Both the position numbers and the translations under genes were made by a program. Below, one piece after another: positions 56,553 to 64,000 of a stretch of 64,000 nucleotides of DNA. Every line of letters begins with the position of its first letter. The first letter of the stretch is position 1. Where the stretch lies: contig OZ025686.1 of assembly GCA_964019335.1 (NCBI GenBank), positions 248,001-312,000 on the forward strand, written 5' to 3'. Below the pieces are notes generated by a model. The model saw only the letters and a program-made list of their open reading frames with translations. It was not told where the DNA came from and ran no database searches. Source of the DNA: Diplonema japonicum. Taxonomy: Eukaryota; Protista; Euglenozoa: Diplonemea.

Positions 56553-58809
56553 CCCCTTCCTCATACCAACTCCTCGTCTGACAGTTCAAGAAAAGCAGAC
56601 GAGACAGGTGAAAGCGGGTTCAAAGAATTCTTACTGGATCGCTTCTCTTCCTCGCTCAGCACATAGCTCTCCATAGGCGGCAGCAGCATGGGCGGATCGT
56701 CATCTTCACTATCTCCGTCAGTTTCGGTAGTTTGCTCGAAGCTTTCACCGTTTATAACGACGACCCCCCGCCCGCTTGCTTCTTCCGGTTTAGTAGGTTG
56801 CACATCTGGCGATGGCATGGAAATACTGATAGGGATCAAGGGAGGGACCGGCAACGAAGCTCTTGGAGTGTATTTATATTCCCCGACACAAGCACACAAC
56901 AGAACCGCAGCACAGGAAGCGTCAAGAGTTCTTTCCATAATAATGACTTGTTTCACAGCCAGTGCCGGTGGTACAGGCGGTGGTCCCACGGGCAACACCA
57001 AAGGGGACGGTGAGGCCAAGCCATATGAATCCTTCTCCAGAGAGACCATGGTGCCAGGTGTCAATATGCTGTGGGAAGGGGTTGATCTGCAATCTTCGGA
57101 GGTCACCACCGTCGCCTCCCAAGTGCTGTACAGTTCCCGCATATCGTCGTCCACTTCGGTGCTCCGTCTGGGCACACCGGACTTCGTTTTCTTCTGCAGC
57201 CGTGCTCTCCGCTTCACAGAAGGCTTCTTCGACCTTAAAATGTTGAATTTATAAAAAAAAAAAAAAAAAATAAAAAATTAAAAAAAAAATACCCCAAATG
57301 GTGTAGTGATGACATGGAGGGCTGCTTGGACGCCCTCCGCATCATGTCCTCGAAGGAGGGAATGGCGTCTACTTCGAATGTCGACACGACGGACGCAGTA
57401 GGCGACGGGGGGTCCACCTTCACAGTACCCTCGGGAGGGCTGGAAAAGGAGGGCATGGACCCCGGCATGACAGGGTCCTCGACTATCGACATGAGAGATG
57501 TAATGGAGTCTGTGCGGGTGGCGTGGCGTGCCTCGCTCGACTTCCGTCTAGATGGAGAGAAGTAATCCGTAAACACGCCGACGCTGTACCGCCGGTCGAT
57601 GGCATCGATGGCGAATGTGGAGCAGCTGTCGGTGCGCCCGATAAAAGTAGTTGGACTTTCTGGAGGCAGAGACGCACTAGCTGATGACATGTCTTCCGTA
57701 GAAGTCTCGTTGGGGAACTCAAACTGAACAAGAGACTTCCTCTTCCCTATCTTAATATGAGGCGAAGGCGGCGCTGCAGAAGACGACAAGGTAACAGCAG
57801 AACCGGTCAACGGGCCCAACGACACCGCAACACTTGACCGATGATCACCATCGGTGGTGATGAATTCAGACGACTCTTCTTCATCGAAAATACAGGCATC
57901 GTCAGCCAATGTGGATCCCATCGTCGACGGTGACTTGATGCCAATTGACATACGGTGCTGCTTCGAGATGTGGATGGAATGCCGTATTCTCTTGTTGAAC
58001 TCGTTCTCGCGCCGTCCTATTGATGTCCTGCCTACTGATGTTCTACCTGCTGAGGTTCTGCCGACGGAAGCTTGTGACCCACGTGTTGAGGCGGGTGTTG
58101 TAGACATGACGGCGGAGGAAGCAGTGCAACTGGTCTTCTTAACAGGAGTGGCCACCTCCTCGAAGATCCCAAGCTGCTCTGAGACGAACACACAATTCTC
58201 AATGAAGTCCATGTAGTGTATCTTCCCGTCGTCGTTGGCGTCGAGAACGGCAAGCAACTGTTGGAAGATCCTGTTCCGCCGCTGCTGAGTTTTAATATCA
58301 CTCCTCCAGTTGTACATGTCAACCAGTATCCCGATATCATTGTGGAGTAGCCACCCTGTCCCGTCGGAGTCAAGCAAGCAGAATAGAAATGTGAGCTGTT
58401 CCTCTACGGTCCCGCGTGCCAGTGTGGACAGAATCTGCGCGCATACGGGGAAGTTCAGAACCTCATCTTCTGCTATCAGTTCGCATAATGCGGACCCGAT
58501 GTTCTGGTTCACTTCACACCCTCCTAGAGAGGCTTGGTTGTCTGCGTTCATTACAAATGTCCACATGACGTCCTTTGTGTGTAGCTCCTTCAGGCCTTTC
58601 CAGTGGTCTTGCAACCGAAGGAGTTCTTCAGGTGTGAAATGAAGGAGCTTGGACAATGCCAGCGCGTCCACCTTCCCCCCCAGCCCCGCGTCGTCTGCCA
58701 CCCCCACGCTGCTGTAGTGTTCCTTTTCGCTGTCTTCCCCATTACACGCCAGACCGAAACTTCTCTGCAGTACATCCTCCAACTTTTCCCTTGACGACAA
58801 GCTCCCCAT
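56308..58809 (-). CDS. Myristoylated EF-hand (calcineurin-B/NCS-like) protein with long Ser/Pro-rich tail, ~797 aa
   Basis: MGSLSS, GTVEEQLTFLFCLLDSDGTGWL, DANDDGKIHYMDF. Introns 57234-57292 (phase 2) and 56518-56566 (phase 0) join three track ORFs in frame. Confidence 0.75.
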
Positions 58810-59115
58810 GTCCCCGTGTCTTTTGCCTGCTTATCATCTATGGCTCTCCGTACTTTGCATCTCAGCCCACTCCCAGCCCCGAGCGTCCTGTGGTTTGAGG
58901 TTTTGTTGCAGAAAAAAAATTTGATGGAAATGAAAAGAAAAAAAAAGGTTTCGGTGCTTAGGGGCACCACCACTTTGCTGAGACCCGCCCCGCCTCCTCA
59001 AAACGAGGGGGAAGGACAGATGCTACTGGTGCGAAGTGGGTAGGGAGGGAGAAAAGAAAATAAAAAGGAAAAGGATAAGAAGGGGGAAAAGAGAACCGTG
59101 GATTATACAGTATGG

Positions 59116-59448
59116 TTACGCCACAGCGTAGAGGGTGCGACCCTGCTTCTTCAGGGCGAAGAGGATGTCAGCGGCACGCACGGTCTTCCTCCCTGTGAGC
59201 TCCAGGAGGGTCGCGGTGTCGGCCATCACCTTGTCCACGAAGGACCTCAGGATGGTCCTCGCCTCGTCGTAGGCGCTCGCTGCGATCCTCTTGCACCCAC
59301 CACGCCTGGCGATCCTCCTGATGCTCCCCTTCGTGATCCCACGGCTGCTGACCTTTGTGTTCCTCTTCCCGCCACCGCCCTTCGTCACGTTCTTCGACTT
59401 CGAGGTCACTGACTTACCCTTCGCGGAGGTCTTTCCTTGGCCGGCCAT
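59116..59448 (-). CDS. H4: Divergent histone H4 variant, 110 aa
   Basis: GITKGSIRRIARRGGCKRI...RKTV...ALKKQGRTLY histone fold; ATG at 59448. Confidence 0.9.
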   Translation of the reverse strand: MAGQGKTSAKGKSVTSKSKNVTKGGGGKRNTKVSSRGITKGSIRRIARRGGCKRIAASAYDEARTILRSFVDKVMADTATLLELTGRKTVRAADILFALKKQGRTLYAVA

Positions 59449-59756
59449 TTTATTTTCTTTTTTTTGTGGAAAGCTTAAGTGCTGTTGTGTTTCGTTTCGT
59501 CGATCCACAAGAAAATAATATTTTTTTTTTTTATTTATCAGATGGGGACGGGTTAAAACAGTAAGATACCACAAACAGACACAAACGAAACAGGAGATAA
59601 AGAAAATAAAAAAAGAAATCAGAGTACGTTGGCGACAGAAATCAATCGATTAACCGTGGACGGTCCCTACTTGTCTCGAACGAGCGAGGACCGCGGGGGT
59701 ACACACTAAAAGTGAGATGGGATAAATTTGGGAAGTTTTTCGACGGCGAATCAAAC

Positions 59757-61100
59757 TCACTTCCTGAGGGTGAGCATAGTGCCCTTGGGGGCGGTGATGC
59801 TGCTGCAGAGGTTCTCGAAGAAGGTGCCCTGGGTGTCCTGCTCGCACTGGCCGGTGGGCTGAGTGCTGGAGATGGCGAAACCACTGCAGTCAGCGGAGGT
59901 GAGGTACTCCTTCATGACGAGGCCAGAGGCATCGCAGGAGGAGATCATGGCAGAGCCACCGCCGGTGACGGGGATGCACTGGCCGATGGGGAAGGAGTGC
60001 GACTGGCAGCCCGAGGTGCAGGCAGAGTCAGTGCAGGTCTTCTGGGTGAAGGTGCCCGAAGGCGAAGGCGGGGTAGGAGGGGTGGGACCCGACCCAGACA
60101 CCTTCGAGGTACAGGGGGACTGGTTCAGAAGGCACTGGTTGGTGCCCCTGGCAAGCCTGATGTACCCGTTCTCACCCCACGCCGCGCCCCAAGAGTTCTT
60201 CACGATCCAGTAGTCGGCGGCGAAACCAACGATCAGCACACCGTGGTCCAGCTGCTGGCTGATGCAGTTCGACATCACACCGCCGGTGTACGTCTGCCAC
60301 GAGGTAGCGTCCACAGCGATGGAGAGGGGGCCGTTCGTCGACACCCACGTCGCCATGTCGTCCTCGTTGTGAGCAATGTCCTGGTGACCCGAGATGGTGG
60401 CACCAACAGCCTTGCCAGAGACCTCCTGGCACTGGCCGCTCACACCACCGCCCGAGGTGTAGGGGTACGAGGCCTCGGTCACAATCTGACCGTTGTGCGC
60501 GGACAACAGCCACTCGAATGCGTTGTCCATGAGACCACCATCGCAGCCATCGTCGTTCTTGTCGCACGATACAAGCTCCTGCTCAGAGAGCGAGGTCAGG
60601 GTGTTGCCGGCAAGGAACCACTGGCCCTCGATGCCACCGGTGGTGGAGAACGCCCAGCAGCTGTGGTTGGTGTTTTTGATCTATTTGTCATATATTCCCC
60701 TTTTCACATACCTCCCGCACTGTGCCTGGTTCTTCACGTGGGTCACGGCGCCCTTGGACCTCCAGTCCACGGGGGTGGCAGCCACACCCTCGAACATCCT
60801 GGGGGGGCTCTTCTTCGCGGGGACCTTCAGGTTGTGGTGCACCTTGAACTCCTCCGCGGACAGGTCGCTGAATGCGTTCATCCCGAAGGTAGCCTTGGGG
60901 TTCGACTCCTCGAACTTCGCAGCCTTCATCATGTTCTTCTTGAAGATGGCCCTCCTGTGCGCCTCGTCGGAGCCGGTGTACTTCTTGTTGTAGGTCTCCT
61001 TGAAGTTCCTCCACAGGAGCGCTTCGTTGGCCTCGATGTACGAGGCGGGCATGCCCGCGGTGGCCGTGGCCAGGGCGAGGATAGCAAGACTGGTCTTCAT
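59757..61100 (-). CDS. Cathepsin L-like protease with cruzipain-type C-terminal extension, 430 aa
   Basis: Intron 60661-60711 splits QAQCGS|CWAF. DHGVLIVG, YWIVKNSWG, PTPPTPPSP hinge and FTQKTCTDSACTSGC extension. Confidence 0.95.
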
Positions 61101-61467
61101 GTTTCTTAGTTCTCCTGTGTCGGGTGGTAAAAGACGTGTAGAAAGAGGAAGAAAACTATTATAAAAAAGAAACTGCAGGAAACAGCGAGTAGGTTTCCTG
61201 CTCATAAGAAGAGATGGTCGAACAATGAAGCAAAACGAAGCACACGTGGCAGTTCAACTTGGTTGTCAAGAAGCCTGTCGGGGAAAAAAAAACAAAAAAA
61301 AAAAAATTGAAGAGAGGAAGCAGCGTGCGCTAAGCACGATAGGTACTGCCGAAACGACGACGGGGCAGAAAGGGATATGCCGGACATGCCGCACTGATGG
61401 TACACACAAAAGGCATTTAGGGGGAGGTGGGGGAAGAGCGCCAACGGTGGCTTATTATAGATGTTGC

Positions 61468-62481
61468 TCAAATCTCAGAGGTGCAGGGGGACTCGTTGAG
61501 GCCACATTCATTGTCGCCCCTCTTGACCCTGATGTACCCAGCCTCGCCCCAAGACGGGCCCCAAGAGTTCTTGATGATCCAGTACTCGGGGGCGTAGCCG
61601 ACAATGAGGACGCCGTGGTCGAGAGTGCAACGGGTGCAGCAGTTGGTGAGGACACCGCCCCTGTAGGTCTGCCACTTCGTGGCGTCCACAGCGATGGAGA
61701 GGGGGCCGCTGGTTCCCACAAACTCAGCCATGGCAGCCTCGTTGTGAGCGATGTTCTTGAAGCTCTTGATGGTGGCACCCACTGCCTTGCCAGAGACATC
61801 GTGGCACGCGCCGTTGACCCCGTGGCCCGAGGTGTAAGGGTACGATGCCTCGGTCACGATCTGGCCGTTGTGGTGCTGGAGGAGCCACTTGAAGGCGTTG
61901 TCCATGAGACCACCGTTGCAGCCATCGTCAACCTTGTCGCACGACACAAGCTCCTGCTCAGAGAGCGAGGTCAGGGTGTGTCCGGAAAGGAACCACTGGC
62001 CCTCGATGCCACCGGTGGTGGAGAACGCCCAGCAGCTGTGTGGGATGGTGTGTTATTCATCTGGTTATTCGTCTGTCACATACCTCCCGCACTGTGCTTG
62101 GTTCTTCACGTGGGTCACGGCACCCTTGGACCTCCAGTCCACCTCGGTGGGTGCACGCAGGCCGGTGCCGTTCCAGGTCGGAGCATCGATCTGTCTGACT
62201 TGAAGGTTGTGGTAGACTTTGAACTCAGCGGGGGTCAGGTCGCTGAAGACATTCACCCCGAAGGAGGCACCCATGGTCTGCTCCGCCTCGTAGTCCACAC
62301 CTTGCAGAAGGTTCGCGAGGAAGACCTGGTATCTCCTCTCCTCTTCGACAATGGACGCGTACCTCTTGTTGTAGTCTTGCTTGAACACGCTGAACATGGA
62401 GCGGGCGTTGCCGCGGATGTACTCCTTGCTCAGACCCTGCACGGTCCCTGCAAGGAGCGCCATGACGATGAGCGACTTCAT
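61468..62481 (-). CDS. Cathepsin L-like protease without C-terminal extension, 321 aa
   Basis: Intron 62036-62083 at the same Ser codon as its neighbour; catalytic C, H and N intact. Confidence 0.95.
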
Positions 62482-62553
62482 GTTAGTTAATGTAGTGTCT
62501 GTGGGGGATCGGGAAACATGCTGGAAGGGGACAACACAACAACAAAAAACTGT

Positions 62554-63110
62554 TTAAAGAAAAGTTTTCGCCCCGCTCCCCGTCGAGTTCACCATAGATA
62601 AGGAGTAAAGAAAAGGGGAGGAGGTAAGAGAGGGACTGTTTGGTGGCCAGCGCCACCCCATCAAGATGGTAAAAGTTTCAGTAAACACAAATGTGTTTAC
62701 TTCCCCACGGATGCGCCTGGCGATGTTGAGGTCAAGGTGGTTGAGGGTCTGTTTCTTCCTGTGGATCTGCATCATGACAGCTGCCTGGAAAAGCCCGACC
62801 ATGTAGCTCTCCGTCGCTTCCTGCATTGCTTCGAGGGCAGAGGGCTTAAAGGAAAGGCCAGTCTTGTAGTTATTCATTGTCTCCCTCACCAGCCTCTGGA
62901 AAGGTGCCTTCTGCAGCAGCAGCTTCGAGGTTTTCTGCAGCTTGAAGATCTCACGAAGGGCAACAGTTCCTGGCCTCCACCTCCTTTTCCCTTCGCTGTC
63001 ATCCTTCTTGCTTTTCTTGGACTTTTTCTCTTTCTTGGCCTTCTTCGACTTATTCGTCACGTCTCCTTGGGAGGCTTCCCACCGGTAGACTTGAGGCTAA
63101 AACGGGGCAT
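62554..63110 (-). CDS. H3: Divergent histone H3 variant with apparent 1-nt frameshift (variant gene, pseudogene or assembly error)
   Basis: Body RRWRPGTVALREI...APFQRLVRE...QEATESY...ARRIRGE. ATG 63110 gives MPRFSLKSTGGKPPKET*, out of frame with the body. No stop directly after RGE. Confidence 0.7.
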
Positions 63111-63649
63111 GTGTACCAGAAACTTTCTGGAGGGGGGAAAAAATGGATTAACGTATTTTATAAAAAAAAGTAATGGAGAAAACAAGTACAGAAAAAAAAA
63201 AAAAAAAAAAAAAAAACAAAAAACAAACAAACAAAACGAGGGTGGTCGAAATTTTCTCTTGTCATCTTTCTTTTTTTTCTTTTTTCGAACACCCCTCCCT
63301 ACCCTTGTCCCTCCATAGTCACATCCTGTGTATTACATACAAACCACACACAAGTTCTTTACTGTTCTTCAGAAAAAAAAGGGGGGAGGGGGCATAAGAG
63401 GGAAAGGTAGAGGGAAAGGGGGAGGGTACAATACAAACAACTAAGAGAGACCTGAATCCCGCTCAACAAAGAACCCCAAAAGAAAATATACGGGTCCCTA
63501 TATGTCCCCCTTTTTATAAAAGAAAAAGAAAAAGAAAACAAAAATGAGAAAGGGGGGGGGTAAAAAAAATGGTAACAACAACTTTTTTCTTTTTTTCTTC
63601 GAGTGAGCAAAATTCCTTTTTTTTTTTTTTTTTTGCTTCAGTTCGCATC

Positions 63650-64000
63650 TCAGTACTGGGGAACAAACCTTCTTGTAGGACTGTGGGAAAAAGAAAAAAA
63701 TTTCCCCCCTAGATTTTTCTACCCTCATACCTAACACTCCTTGGCTGCCCAAGGGGTGAGTAAGCCGAAGTTGGGGAAGCCAGACTGGTAGTGGAGTAAG
63801 GGTTAACCTACAGATTTTTTTTTCTCCAAAAAGTCAAAATTTATTCCCTTTAACAAACCAATGTCTCGTAGTAAGCCTTTGGCTTCGACGCTGTAGAAGG
63901 GTACTGAGTAAGGGCGGCTGTAGTGGATAAGGGGCTCATGGGTGAAGCACCACGTGTGGGTTGCGAAGGGGCACGAGAGGAGCTGTGTTGGGGGGACTGG
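63650..64000 (-). CDS. 3' end of a Ser/Pro-rich protein (5'-partial)
   Basis: Open frame QSPQHSSSRAPSQ...YYETL. Introns 63808-63858 and 63681-63730 keep the frame to ...SPTRRFVPQY*. Confidence 0.6.

Noticed and set aside
51734-56566. Stop-codon reassignment suggested by ORFs ending at GTA TGA
   Set aside because: These TGAs lie inside GTATGA splice donors; splicing restores the proteins under the standard code.
59712-62490. Long plus-strand ORFs (465 aa and 421 aa) over the cathepsin genes
   Set aside because: Antisense shadows of GC3-rich coding sequence; they cross the introns only because those are 51 and 48 nt; no protein features.
62700-63060. CenH3/CENP-A call for the H3 variant
   Set aside because: Loop 1 has canonical length and the Q (PFQRL) and F (LSF) residues usually changed in CenH3 are retained; left as an unassigned variant.
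3879-63858. Non-canonical (non GT-AG) introns as reported in some euglenozoans
   Set aside because: Every intron I could reconstruct has GT-AG ends; none needed a non-canonical model.

Overview
Eukaryotic nuclear DNA, most likely a euglenozoan protist and probably a diplonemid. This is inferred from a cruzipain-type protease C-terminal extension, a DGF-1/bodonin-like membrane protein, KYGPEP repeats, and a kinetoplastid-style unidirectional gene array that nevertheless carries many cis-introns. About 30 protein genes all lie on the minus strand, separated by homopolymer-rich spacers, with one 200-N gap. I rebuilt by hand 23 short GT-AG introns (35-112 nt, 14 of them 47-54 nt), several of which restore conserved motifs. 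They are unusual in two ways: most carry a poly(A)/A-rich tract rather than a polypyrimidine tract before the AG, and they concentrate in the 3' part of genes. Other highlights: a 4,171-aa intronless outer-arm-beta-like dynein heavy chain whose AAA1 site lacks Walker B and sensor-1 (candidate pseudo-motor); linked, very divergent histone H4 and H3 variants (the H3 N-terminus is 1 nt out of frame) flanking tandem cathepsin L genes; a meiotic HEI10 homologue; an Hsp70 lacking its substrate-binding domain; a deleted Mutator element with 36-37 bp TIRs; and a ~1 kb MITE-like element sitting in a stop codon. No rRNA, tRNA or CRISPR was seen. Intron calls and homopolymer lengths are from sequence alone and need RNA/read confirmation.
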